Shown here piece by piece: positions 23,384 to 37,113 of a DNA stretch of 64,000 bases. A model generated the notes under the pieces. That model saw only the letters and a program-made list of their open reading frames with translations, did no database searches and was not told where the DNA came from. The stretch spans positions 1,974,576 to 2,038,575 of the forward strand of contig JAAOMT010000664.1 of NCBI GenBank assembly GCA_016748015.1, given 5' to 3'. Positions within the stretch are counted from its first letter, which is position 1; each line of letters opens with the position of its first letter. Source of the stretch: Geosiphon pyriformis uo1. Its lineage: Eukaryota > Fungi > Glomeromycota. Position numbers and translations under genes: made by a program.

Positions 23384-26300
23384 AATATATATAATTGGTT
23401 ATTATATTATGCATATGATATATAGATCATGTGATAAGATATTGATCATTTTTTATAGTTCTATCTTTCTATAGTCATCACAAATGTGCTGACCAAAAGG
23501 TGTGATTATAAAAAAAGTTCACTGTATATCAGTTAATATAACAGAAAAAGAAACAATTGATAAAAAAAAATTATTTTTACTCATCAATCAATTACCATTC
23601 TATCATATAACCAGTATATAGTAGTAATAGAAAAAAAGGTAAAAGACAAAACCAAAATTTTGAAGTTGAACCAACTATTTGTAAATCAGAAGCAATTAGC
23701 ATTACCAATTTTTACATACCAGCCAAGAATCATAAACACATCAAGTTTTTAATATAAAACACAACTAAAAACTTCATAGAAATACCAAGTGAAACTATCA
23801 TTAAATACTTAAGCACTGAAATTAAAAACAAATTACCAACCACTATTTTCAATTTTTTACAACTTTGTAAATATGTAAATATCATATTACAAACTATATA
23901 CAGATAAGAAAAATGCTATTTGTTGTAATCAAAGCAATTAAAACAAATAAATTTGGAAAACTTAAATTCACTTTAATATATGCAACTCAAGATGCTATTT
24001 AACAATTTTACTAACATTTTTGTAAATAAAAACAAATTTGGCAGAACTAATATTATCTAGTATTAGATTAAGACTAAAGATATTATGTCAATCAAACAAC
24101 AAGCATACCAAGTACTACCAACTAGCCATAAGATTATCTGACAAGAAATCTACCAAATATTGAATAACAGATTAATTTAATTATTAATAAGTTCATAATC
24201 ATTACTAATGGTACTGGTTTATAAAAAGAATAAAAAAATCTGCTTTTATGTAAATTATAGAAAGCTCAATAGTATTATTTATAGAGACAGCTATTTGATT
24301 CTATGGATCCAGGAATTATTTGATGTTTTTGAAAAGAAAAAATGGTTTTCAACATTAAACTTAGATATTAGTTACTAACAAGTAGCCATAAATTCAGTCA
24401 ACAAAGAAAAAACAGTATTCACCACCAGAGAAAAAAATTTCGAATTTGATGTTATGCCCTTTGGCTTAATCAATACTTCAGTTATCTTTCAATGGCTTAT
24501 AGAAATTGTATATACCAAATTACTATAGAAATTAGTAGTAGTTTACTTAGATAACACCAATGTGTTCTCTAAAACATTTGATAATTATTTCTACTATTTT
24601 CAACAAGTGTTTAAAAAACTAAGAAGAGCTGAATTAAAGTTGAATACAACTAAATACTTCTTTGGCAAAATTAAATTCAAGTTTTTGAAACATGTTGTAA
24701 ACAAAAATGGCATCAAAACAAATACAAACAAAATTAAAATAGTTAAAAACTTTTTAATACCAACAAACTTAACAAAATTAAAAACATTTTTGGAATTTGC
24801 TAATACTATTGCTGTTTTATCCAAAACTTTTTTAAACTGGCTCAATCACTTTACCAGCTTCAAGCAAAAAATATGAAATATAAATGGATAAAAACCCAAT
24901 AAAAAGCTTTTGATATCTTAAGAAGAAAGTTTATTCAAGCACTAGTACTAATCTATTTAAATTATAACAAGCTATTTATTATTATTACCAATATATTTGG
25001 TCAAACATTGAAAGCTGTATTGTCACAAAAAGAAACAGATAAATAAAAACATCTAGTAACATATGTCAGCAAAAGTCTAAGTTTAGCTAAAAAGAACTAT
25101 AGAACTTTAGTATTAGAATACTTAGCTATCTATTAAGCTGTTATCAAATAGAAGAAATATTTGAATTAGAAATTTAATGTATACATTAATCATAAAGGAT
25201 TAACATTAATCCAAAAACAAAAATTTGGAAACAATTGCCATATAAGATAAAAAATAAAACTATTACTATTTAATTATACTGTACAATTTAAAAAAATAAA
25301 AATGCTGATGGTTTGTTATGAATAAGACAAATTTAAAAAACATTTCAATCCAAAAATATAACAAAAAAATGAACACACAAAAATATTAACAATTCTAATA
25401 TTATATTAATACTCAATAGTTCAAGAAAAAATTATCTTAAAAGAAACAAAACAACATAAAACAATAAGCAAAATATTTTATAATTTACCAAAATATATTA
25501 TATTAGAAAAACAGAAAATATCCAAATTAGCTACTCAAAGTAATCACAGAATTAGAAAAAAAACAATACTATTCAATATGTATTTAGATCCAATAACAGA
25601 ATATTTTTATAAAAAAGCAATCATAAAAAAAAACAAGAAAAAGATATTATTAGCTATCTATATATCCAAATATTATTAATATGTTCAAAATTGTGATGTT
25701 TGTTAGAGAAAAAAAGGAACAAAACTTAGTGAATTATTAAGACCAATTAAAGTGAGACAACTATTTAATTAAATTGGAATTGACTTAGTTGGATCATTAA
25801 CAATAACCAGTAAAGACAATTAATATATAACAGTAGCCATAGATTATTTTATGAAATAACCAAAAGCAAAAACAATTCAAAAAACAGATACAGAATTTAT
25901 AGCTGAATTTGTTCATTAAAATTTGATTTGCCAATACAAATATTCAAAAAAATTATTATTAGATCAAGAAACTCACTTTGTAAACAGAACATTAGCAGAA
26001 TTAAGTCAAAAATTTGGAATTAAAAAACTATTATCATTATCATATTATTCACAAACAAATGGTTTAGTTAAAAAATTCAACAGAACATTGTGTAAAGCAA
26101 TAGTTAAAATCAGCCAAGAAAACCAGGACAAATAGAATTTGTTTATACTAACAATATTATTTGCTTATTAGACAATAAAACAAAATATCATACAAGCAAC
26201 ACAATTTAAGCTTGTTTATAATAGAACAGCAATATTATCAGTTGAAATAGATATTAATACATATTTAATAAAACCAATAATAGAAGCCAACTTCCAAAAA

Positions 26301-27280
26301 ACATTGCTAAGAAAAACATATGAGTTAATAGAAACTTTAGAAAACAAAAGCTAATAACATACAAAAGTTACAAACAAAACAAAAAAATATGATATAATAA
26401 TCAATTACCAAATAAACCAGTTGAATTTAGAATTAAAAACAAAGTATTCTTATATCATATCAAAATAAAAAAACAATGGAATAAAAAATTTGATCTCAAA
26501 TAAGATGAACTATTTTACATTGAAGAAATTTTAGAAAATAGAACTTATAAATTAAGATAGAACAACAAAATTTTAGCCAAAACAACACATAGAAATTAAT
26601 TGAAACTATATCACAATATAGTATTATTATCTATTAGTAATATTTCACAACTAAAAGTATAGTAAATATTAGTCCAATCAGATAAAATTTCACAAAATTT
26701 AGAACCAATTATAATTATTAACATAAACACATCAAATTGATTTACAAATAATATATAAAGACATGGTATATATAACAAAAGCAACAGTAAAAAAATGGAA
26801 ATCCCAGATCACATTCACACAATGGCTCAACAACTATTTTAGGCCATAAATTAACAACAATTAGACATAAAAATTGTCATTAATTACCAAACAATTTGTT
26901 ATTAAAACACTAAAAAAAAAACAAGAATTACTTTATATTAAAAATTACTGAACCAAACAAGATACTAGTCAGATAAAGTTATAGAAAATATAAAAAACAC
27001 TTTTGGAAAAATACCACCAATAATCTCAACAGAGAAGCTATTTAAAGAAAACTAGAAGCTATAAATGAAACAACTTCCAGTATTATACTGTTATTATTAA
27101 TTAAAACAAAAACTGAATATTCAGAAATTATATATTGACAAATCCAAAAAAATATTCAATTAAGAAATAGTACAACAAATTGAAGATTTTATTGGAAAAA
27201 AAACAAATTTTAGACTATACATTAAAACAATTTACTAACTATACACCATATTTTAAAATTATTCAAAAATGCTACTATAC

Positions 27281-30200
27281 TGTTACCAAAAGATTTTCAC
27301 ATTTTTCAATACAAAAATTACAATATATACAATAAAAATTAACATTAAAATCATGCAAAAAAGGCTTATATTATTGCACTTAATCAACAAAATCAGCCAA
27401 TAATCTAAAAATAAATGATTAGTAATCAGTCTAATTATAATAAAAAGATATAACACAATTCAACAGTTTAACTAAATTGGATACAAAGAAATTTTGGCAA
27501 ACCAAAAAAACCAATAGAAATAAACAATTGATGTATGTAATCTGATAACAACAGACTTTGTTATGCTACAAGATTCTTATACATCTTTATAAAAACAATC
27601 TAATATTTTAGATCTGTAATTAATAATTAAAAATAATTACCAAAAAATATAATCAATTGATTTACTTTTGATTATGTTAATTATAATTATAATTGATATT
27701 ATTGATTTACAATCAATGTTTTAGATCCAGCCATTTAAATTTGATTATTTTAAAATTATTAACTCTTAAAAAATAACATGTCAAGTAAGCTTATTATAAA
27801 TTAATTAAATTAAAATATATAAATAATTAATGTATCTTAAATAGTCTTAATATAGTATGTAAATCTGATGTAATTTAGCTATATATACAGCTTTTTTGTT
27901 AGCTCAGAAAAGTATTAATTAAATACTAAGCCAACTCTTTGCTATAGTTTTTATAGTAAGCAGTTAATTTTTTTTTCTATATCTTATTCTTTTTTTTCCT
28001 CTTTCTATGCTCTAAATACTTGTTATTACAATCTTAAATATGCCTTCCCATATTCTTTATTACTATTTGGAATCATGTTGTTTATGATTTTTTACTTACT
28101 TGTTATTACTATTTCAAGTTTTTCTATTACTTTCAATCTTTAAATCATGTATTATTACTATTTTACATTAAGTTTTGTTTCATTGAACAAGTTGTTAAAT
28201 ATTAAAATAAGTAATAAAATATTATGTTATTAGAGAGTGGTCTTAACAATAAAAAGTTTAATTAAAATCTATTTCAGTTATGTTTTTATTTTTACAATTT
28301 TTTTATAATTTCTATAACTTTGCTTTTAAAGCTGGATATTTGAACACCACATCCTTTTAACAACTAATTGAAAAAATTCTGGTTATGTATTCATTAAAGT
28401 AGTTTGGTTTCACTCTCGTTATTGGTTGTACTTTTGATATATATAAAAAAATATAACTTCTCTTTTCTTTTTAAAAAATCTAAAACTGATTCTTGTCCAA
28501 AAACAAATAATAATAACAATACTTTCTCTTACTTTTAATGACTTTATCATGTATTTCTTTTTACTTTCCCACTTATTAAAATAGTCTATACACCTATAAT
28601 ATGCTATATTTAATAGCATAATTATGGTTATGTGTATTATCAGTTGAGCTAAAAAATGTTTTCAAATATTGACAAAAACCATTAGTAACATATGGTGCTT
28701 TTTGTTGTTAGTATAAAAACAACTATAAACATTTTAATGACTTTTAAATATTTCAGAGGACTTCAATTTTTTCTAGAAAAAAAAAAAATTTAAAAATTTA
28801 TAAGAGCTCATTTTTTAAAAACAGAGAAAATATTACCAGAAGATTTTCATACTTTTCAATGCAAAAATTACAATACATACAATGGAAATTAATATTAAAA
28901 TCATGCAAAAAAAGCCTATATTATCACACTTAATCAACAAAATTAGCTAACAATCTAAAAATAAATGATTAACAATTAGTCTAATTACAACAAAGAGATA
29001 TAACACAATTTAATAGTTTAACTAAGTTGGATACAAAAAAATCTTGGCAAACCAAGAAAAACCAATAGAAATAAATAATTAATATATGTAATCTAATAAC
29101 AACAGACTTTATTATGCTACAAGATTCTTATACATTGTTACAAATGATTATTTGGGGTTTGGAAACAAATAACAAACTCGTAACTTAATGCTTAATAAGT
29201 AATATAGTTGATAATTTCTGAAGATTTTTGAATTCTGAAGGTTTTGGTTGAATGAATGTATTCTTTGGTGATGTTCTTAGTGTTTTATCAATCCTCAAGT
29301 TGGTGTACTTGTTTTTTTATCACTTCCTGAAATATTTATATTTCATTAATTTCTTTTTCAGCTTGATAGCTGGTAATCTTCTGGTAAGCTATCCTCAATT
29401 TGAGTGTTTACTCTTATTCTTGGGTCTTTTATCAGTGCTATATTCTGATGTCAGTACCCTGTGCATTAATTTTTTTAATCAATTAGTAAATCCACAATAA
29501 AACAAAAATAAAAGAAAAATAAAATAAAAAATAAAAAAAATAATGAAAATAATGAAAAAAAAATAAAAAGATAAACCAAGACAAGAAAGAGTTGGTATTC
29601 TGTTAATAGCTGTGATCAAGAGCTATTGGTTTAGTATAGTTAAGTATCAGTAACTATTAACATAAATTGTTAATAGTAAAAAGATAAATTGTGATATTTA
29701 ATAAGTATTTTATTGGTATTTTCTGTTTCCATTTTAAGTTATAGAATACTATTATATGAAAGGATGAATGAAAAATTGGAACTAAAGGTTTTAACTAAAG
29801 AGTCTGTTTTTTTTGTTTCTAATATTACCACTATATATACATAAATTTCATTATACAAAATTTTTTGAATTCCTTAATTTTCTAGCCAGAAATTCCAAAA
29901 TTCCTGGAATTTTGTAATTCTTTGAAAGAAATCCTAAAATTCTGGAATCTTATGATTCTTTATACTGGGATTCTGTAATTTTGAAATCCTGTAATTTCTC
30001 TAAGAAGAATTCTGAAATTCCATTTTTACTACATTTTATTTTAATTGGCTAATTTGTATACTAATATATAATTTCTATATTCTATAAGTAACAACATCTT
30101 TATAGAAACAATCTAACATTTCAGATCTGTAATTAATGATTAAAAATAATTATCAAGAAATGTAATCAATTGATCTACTTCTGATTATGTTGATCATAAT

Positions 30201-31192
30201 TACAATTGGTATTATTAATTTACAATCAATGTTTTAGATCCAGCCTAAATCTAATCATCTTAAAATTATTAGCTCTTGGGAAATAACATGTCAAGTAAGT
30301 TTATCATAAATTGATTAAATTAAAATATATAAATAATTAATGTATCTTAAATAGTCTTAATATAGTATATAGATCTGATGTAATTTAGTTATATATACAG
30401 CTTTTTTGTCAGCTCAAAAAAGTATTAGTTAAATATTAAGCCAATTTTTTACTATAGTTTTTATAGTAAGCAGTTAGTTTTTTTCTCTATATCTTACTCT
30501 TTTTTTTCTTTTTTTTATGTTCTAAATATTTGTTATTACAATTTTAAGTATGCCTTTCTATATTTTTTATTATTATTTGAAATTATGTTGTTTATAATCT
30601 TTTACTTACTTGTTATTACCATTTCAAGTTTTTCTATTATTTTTAATCTTCAAATCATGTGTTATTATCATTTTACATTAAGTTTTGTTTCATTGAACAA
30701 GTTGTTAAATATTAAAATAAGTAATAAAATATTATATTGTTAAAGAGTAATCTTAACAATAAAAAGTTTAATCGAAATTTATTTTAGTTATGTTTTTACT
30801 TTGACAATTCTTATAATTTTGCTTTCAAAGCTAGGCATTTGAACATCACATCCTTTTGATAACTAATTGAAAAAATTTTGGTTATGTATTTATTAGAATA
30901 GTTTGGTTTTATTTTTGTTGTTGGTTGTGCTTTTGATACATATAAAAAGATGTAACTTCTTTTTCCTTTTTAAAATATTTAAGATTGGTTTTTGCCCAAA
31001 AACAAATAATAATAATAACAATATTTTTTCTTACTTTTAATGACTTTATTATGTATTCTTTTTCACTTTTCCACTTACTAAAATAGTCTATACATCCATG
31101 ATATGCTATAGTTAATAATATAATCATAGTAATATGTATTATCAGTTGAGCTAAAAAATGTTTTCAAATATTAACAAAAACCATTAGTAACA
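27281..31192 (+). mobile_element. Non-autonomous LTR element E (two ~1.4-kb LTRs, 140-bp interior)
   Basis: LTR1 27281-28690 (TGTTACC...GTAACA); interior 28691-28830 with TGGTGCTT PBS and GAGCTC-purine tract; LTR2 28831-31192 split by a solo LTR; TSD ATAC/ACAC; removal restores C ORF3. Confidence 0.9.
29136..30093 (-). repeat. Solo LTR (family 1), inverted, inside E LTR2
   Basis: TGTTACA...GTAACA flanked by ACAT/ACAT (29132-29135, 30094-30097); empty site visible in E LTR1 (cttatacatcttt). Confidence 0.92.
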
Positions 31193-31358
31193 ACACCAAA
31201 AAATAGAAACAATAATTGTTAACCAGTAAAGAAAAATAAACAATTTTTAATATAAAGAAATAAAAAACAGAATCAAAAAAACAATATTAGAAAAAAAAAC
31301 AATAAACTTAATCCAAAATAAAGATTTTAACAAAGCTTAATATTAAAAAAAAAGATAA

Positions 31359-32280
31359 TATTACTCATAGAAAAAGTACAAAAAAAAACCAAATAAAACA
31401 AATAAAAAAATAAACCAATTTGAGAATAATACTTAGTAAGTAATTACAATATCAAAAAATTATAATACATTGCTTAACAATGTGTATATTGTCAGTAAAT
31501 TATAACATGTTGTTTAACAATGAACATATTGTTAGAAAATCATAGTATATTGTTCAGTAATAAGCATATTGTCAGAAAAAATAGTGCATATTGCTTAAGA
31601 AAATATGAGATTTTATATAATAAGAATTATATATATATAGTAAGAATATTAGAAGCAGAAAAGGCAGAATTGATACCAATAATCAGTTAAAATTTATTAA
31701 TTATTCAATACTTCTTCTTTCAAAAGATAGTTTTCTATAACTTGAAGTAGAATTAAATTACATATCAATAAAATATTAATTATTACCTAAATTCATGTTA
31801 TCCTTATTTAATTAAAAAAATATTAATTATTTCCACTCTATCAACACTTTATGTTGATAAAATCAAATACTTAATCTTACTAAACCAATAGCTCTTAATT
31901 ATAGCTATTAACAGAATACTAATTTCTTATTTTTATTTATTTATTTATTTTTGTTTTGTTTTGTTGTTTATTAATTGATTAAAAAGAATTAAAACACTGA
32001 GTAATTGATATCAAGAATAGCCTAGTAAAAAACCCAGAAATAAAAATAGAAATTTAAAAATAGCTTATCTAAAAGGCATGACTGTTTAAACTAACTATTA
32101 TGTTAAAGAAAAAAATTCACAGAAAAAACCATTAATTAAATTTCTGTTTATTATATAAAAAACTTAACCAAAACTTTTAGACTTTAAAATCTTCAGAAAC
32201 TACTAATATCATCAATTATTGAGCACCAAGTTATGGATTTATTATTTGTTCCAACTCTTCCCAAATAATTATTTGTAACA
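31359..32280 (+). repeat. C 3' LTR
   Basis: TATTACTCAT...TTTGTAACA; similar to the A LTR. Confidence 0.88.
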
Positions 32281-33250
32281 TTATATACACTAAAATTTTC
32301 TTGATTAAAAATGACTATCTTGCTGTCAATTGATTTGCTTAAGCCAATTTAGCAAACTTCACTACAGTCTTTTGTCACAGTCTAATTAATTGTAAATGAA
32401 TTGACACAATTTGACCAAATTTAAAAACTGTGGTAATGATCATTTTTTTTGACATGTTTATAGAAATTTTTTTAATTATTATAGCTCAATTTGACTTAAT
32501 TTTTTGTCTTTTGATATTATTGTTTATAATAATCTCTTTTTTTTTGGCCAATAATATAGTTTTTTCTATGCTTTTTTTTAATGTAAATATAGATTTAATG
32601 GTTTTTTTAAAACTATTAATTAATGAAAAATTTTTTTTAATTGTCTAAGTCTTTACAATTACTAATTTATCTTCTACAGTTAAGAAATTTATGTTCAATA
32701 CAAAAAATTTTCTGATAAATACTTCTATTTAAGTTTTAGTAATCTTATAATCAATTTATTTCTTGTTTAAAAGCACTAAAAAATAAGAAAAAAGCAAAAC
32801 TTTATTATTATTCAAACTGTATTCCAATGTTTTAATAGAAAAGTTAACTATTTTACTAATATTAATTTTTTTGGCTTTAAAAATATTCATGTTTGGATTA
32901 AAATAACTTTTATTTTTGTTGTTAGCTCTATATTTAGCACTATTATTAGCAAAAAAAATTATTGACACTTTCTTATTAATATCTATTTCATTAAACTGTC
33001 TAACTATCTGTTTAATTTCTTCAAATTTCATATTTGTTTTATCTTTTAAATGTTTAACATTTCCCAAAGATACTTTTTATTACTGAGCAAGACTTTTACT
33101 AACTAAACTTAATGCCAAAACTCTTGCTAATTTTTTTTTAAACACAGAATCATTTATAGTAATAGTCAATTTAATAACAAAAGAGTTTGTTTTTTAAGAA
33201 ATAGTGAAAGTTATTGCAGCAAAAACAGAAAAAACTTTTTTCAAAAATGT
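32281..33250 (-). mobile_element. Probable LINE ORF1 5' remnant, truncated by C
   Basis: Minus strand reads as decayed VFKFGQIVSIHLQLIRL*QKTVVKFAKL..*SFLIKK, a pattern I recognise from fungal LINE ORF1; ORF 32756-33067 lies upstream on the same strand. Confidence 0.55.
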
Positions 33251-33959
33251 TGACTCTTTTGGAAATTTGAAATAAAAGAAAAAAAGAAGTTTTTATTATT
33301 ATTACAAATATTAAAGTTTAAATTATATATTTTTAAATTATAATATATTATTAGTTTTTTTTTAAGTTTGTTGATAATTTTAAGTTTTTTGTGTTATTTT
33401 ATTTTAATGTAAAATTTATGTTAAGATTTCTGTTTTTTTGGCTTTTTTTAATATTATATTTTTAAATAAATTTGTAGTTATTACTGTTAATTTATTGGTT
33501 TTTTTTTAATTTATTTTTTTGAAATTTAATTTAAAAAATTGGTTAATATAATTAAATTTATTGTTGTTTTTATTGGTTTTTTGATTTTTGTGTTTAAATA
33601 ATTTTTTAAAAATAAATATAGTTTTAACTAATTTTTTGGAAATAAAATTAATAAGTTTGTAAAACATATAAATGCTTTTAATAAAATTGTTAATAAAATA
33701 AGCAGAAATATAGTAATATTAAAGATAAAATATAATATAAAAGACAAATTTAATGTGTTTAATTTTGCTGTTAACACTAATATAAATAAAAATTTAAGTT
33801 GTTTTAAATATAAAAAGATGTTTAAGAATTTAATAATACTTTAAAAGCATAAAACTTATAAAAAAATTAAGTTTAATTTTATAAAAACTGTTAAGTAACT
33901 GACTGGTTTAATTTTAAATAATTATAAAATAATTAAAATAATTCAAAAAATAATTTTTC

Positions 33960-34110
33960 TGAATAAGTTTTTTATTGTAGTTTAGTCTTAACTGGCTTAA
34001 ATAGCTGGTTATATGTAAAAAAGACATAAATTATACTTATTTTAAAGTTTTATTTGATTATTTATTAATAGATAATAGTTGAATTATGTTTGTTAAATAA
34101 TAATAAATAA
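33960..34110 (+). mobile_element. LINE 3' terminal remnant
   Basis: tgtagtttagtcttaactggcttaaatagctggttatatgtaaaa matches the reverse complement of the LINE 3' ends at 55700-55760 and 63195-63250. Confidence 0.65.
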
Positions 34111-35523
34111 TTATACTACTAATAAAAAATTAATGTTGATTTTAATAAAACTAAATCTTAAAAAAAAATAATGTTATTTAACAGAATTTAACATATAATA
34201 TTATTAAAATTATTATTATAAATTAGTTAATCAGTAATTATAACATTTAATAAAATATAAATAGTATAAATTTATACATAATAATCAGAAAATATAACGT
34301 AACATAATAATACACAAATACATACAATTGTATTTAATTTCATAAAATTATTTGAAAATTGGTTCAAAAGACATTTGCTAACAAAAAAATAGTCCAATAG
34401 CTTAACAATTACTTACAATTTAATTAGGATTGGCCCATTTATGTATAACCTAAAATATGTATATATATAGTAATTATAAATTGTAAAAAAAACATCTAAC
34501 TATCTATTTATTCAATAATAAAAAATTAAGCAATTAAAAAACTTTTTTTTTATTATTTAATTTCTTTTTTTTATTATTTAATTTCTTTTTTTTACAATTT
34601 TTTGGTTTGAAATTTAATTACACTAAAAAATAAAATTGTTATTTCGATATTCTCCTTCGCTATCTTACTAAAACGAGTTGGTTTAGACTGCTTACAGAAC
34701 TTGCATATTACCTAATTTAATGATATGTCAATCTGCAAAATGAACTCACGGTGCAAAATCTATCAGAATGCTGCATTAAAATCACATGACTTATATGTAG
34801 GCGAATGAATTTGGGCACATATAAAAAATTGTTACTCGCCTTTCACTCCAACCAGAGTTCTGCAAGACGCGTAGAAAGTGAAGATTCTTAAATTCAATAA
34901 TAGAGATTGCCAGCACCCATTTCTACGTGGTTCGAGCATAAAACTTCCAGCTATAGCTCGAGACTCGAAATATTTTCGTTTCGCTTAAAATAATTTGATT
35001 TAAGCTGCTCCTAATTAAGTCGCCCTCCTCACGGTTAAAATTCGGAGTCTTAATACCGTCAATTTAACCTGATCGCGTCCGCTTTTTATTATTTCAACCC
35101 AATTCCCCTTTACCGTTCAACTATGCACTCACTGGATTTCTGAATACGTCCTCCCCACGGTTCAACTTTGCGTCCTAGAAGCTAAATATTTTTGACTCAC
35201 TCAGCCAAATTACCTTGGACATTTAAGACCACTGGCTACATGTGGCTCAAAATAATTGTATTACTTCTCCTTACGGTCATTGTTGGAACTCAAGACTCTG
35301 GGCGCATTTAGTCGTGTTTCTGCCTATTATTTATTAATAAAATTTTCCCCTAAAAAATTTATTTTTCCACTCTCAAGACCGCTGATTGCGTTTGTCGCCT
35401 CTACTTTATTTAATATAATTATCTCTTGCGGTTCACATTTTGGGTCTTAAATATCAAGGAAACCTCAAACCCTTTTGATCTATTTAACGATAATCCCTGC
35501 TATACACGAGCCTAAGCATACAT

Positions 35524-37034
35524 ATGGGATCTAGTCCAAACAGCAAAAAGAGAGTCTTTGATCAAGTTAATGAAACAGGAGAGGGTAGCTCGTACTCAAG
35601 ACATTGCAATGCAGAAGAGGATAGTTCCCACTCAACATATTCTAGTGCAGAAGAAAGTTCAAACTCGATGCATTATACGCTAGTTCTGAATAAGAAACAG
35701 CGATTTTTTTACGCAAATCAAGTGCCTCAATGGATACGTACCATACAATTGCCTTCTGGGTCTCGAGCCTTCTCACCACCAAGAAATGAGAATTTGGTGA
35801 ACGAGGTTCAATCGATAAACATAAATGAATCCTCAATGAGTGAGGTTGAAACTATAGACCTTTCGCTTCATTCTGTTGATACGACAGCAGAAACCCTTAC
35901 CTCAGACATTGTTTCCTTCAATCATACGGTAGAAAAAATTACACCTAGCTTTATCGTTGATGGCCCTTGTTATACAGCTGGACAAAACTTAAATGGTGAC
36001 ATGTTTCTTGGGGTTCGGGCGTGGTTTGGTCCACACGTGGATCGAGAGTTTATTTACATGTGGGGTATGTAATAAAAGAATTTTTTCATAATTCTCACAT
36101 TTCTAATAAGTATTGGTAATCTTCTATACCTCAAAATAGAGTGGCAAGGAGGGATTGCCCAGAGTAATTATGATGTTTTAGGGGCAAAAATCTTTTTTTC
36201 CAAATTGGAGGACTTGCGGATACCAGGGTAAGCATCAATACATATTCTTTTACATGAAAAGATTTTTTAAGTTTTATTAACATGAAATTAATTTTTGAAA
36301 CATCATTTTTTTCTCAAAGCAAGTGCCTGAACAAGACCCCGCTGATTTTCGATCCCCAGTGGATTGAAGACTCTATCGAGGCCGGAAAACGGGAGCCACT
36401 AGGAAACTATATAGTTTCCGAATATCCAGTTAGTCAGTACATATGTTCTTTATTAGACATTAATTTTTAATTATTTTAAATAGAGTTTTCCTTTCTCAAA
36501 CTAGGCCCCTATGATGGGCGCCGTTACATTGTCGGCCTTAATGGAACAGAGCCAATTCTATCGATAGCGGAAGATTATTACAGGTGGCCCCCATCGCCGG
36601 CTACAGTAGAAGAATTCCTACCCTCCCCTAGTACCATTCGGTCGGATTCGGACGAGGAGTCATTGGTAGGGGAGGAATTCCCACCCTCTCCTAGCACCAT
36701 CCGTTCGAACTTGGAAAACGATGATGGAGTGATCGCGGCGGTAATTGAAAAACTCGGGAAATCTATTTGTTGTCGCCACAACCGTTCCCTGAAAAATAAT
36801 AAACGTTCCCTGGTCCAAGAGGGCGATAGGGACGACTTTTTCGAAGAGATGAAAGACACGTATGTATCTTTAATAATTTTCTAATTTTTTAAACATTTCA
36901 TATTAAGTCTAAATAATTCTTTCAGCCCTGAGCGCCCAATCCAAACCCTCCCATTACGGGGCGTCCCTAGGGTATCTAAGAAAAAAAAAGTGGTGAGGCG
37001 GGGAGTTTTGGGAGAGGTAATATTAGGGATGTAG
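35524..37034 (+). CDS. 5-exon, ~401-aa protein with a central BRCT-like domain resembling the TERB2 N-terminus
   Basis: Exons 35524-36064, 36140-36227, 36320-36432, 36505-36859, 36926-37034 (GT-AG introns, 1206 nt, open frame); domain MFLGVRAWFGPHVDREFIYMWEWQGG...AKIFFSK...LIFDPQWIEDSIEAGKREPLGNYIV; CpG retained. Confidence 0.75.
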
Positions 37035-37113
37035 GGGTAATTAAAAATTAAAATTTTTTTAATCCTGCCCTATTTTAAAATAAATAGGCAACTAACCAAG
37101 AACTGTTTAATAT

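Larger units (their letters stand above)
19290..23524 (+). mobile_element. pogo/Tigger-type (Tc1/mariner superfamily) DNA transposon with cargo
   Basis: TIRs CAGTGAACTCTCTTTATAGT / ATTATAAAAAAAGTTCACTG, TA duplication (19288-89 / 23525-26); removing it restores C colinear with A (aatagatata[c/t]cagtt); subterminal TATAGTCAC repeats. Confidence 0.94.
17018..32280 (+). mobile_element. Gypsy-like copy C (family 1, heavily decayed); apparent host of A, the pogo element and E
   Basis: Colinear with A: protease ~17400-17700, Cys-rich ~18000-18640, dUTPase ~18880-19289, RT ~24050-24800, RNase H stop 25334-25336, integrase 25369-26740, ORF3 26795-31346, LTR 31359-32280. Confidence 0.88.

Noticed and set aside
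28419-31127. Similar antisense ORFs at 28419-28619 and 30909-31127
   Set aside because: They are the same position in the two LTRs of element E, so not independent evidence of coding.
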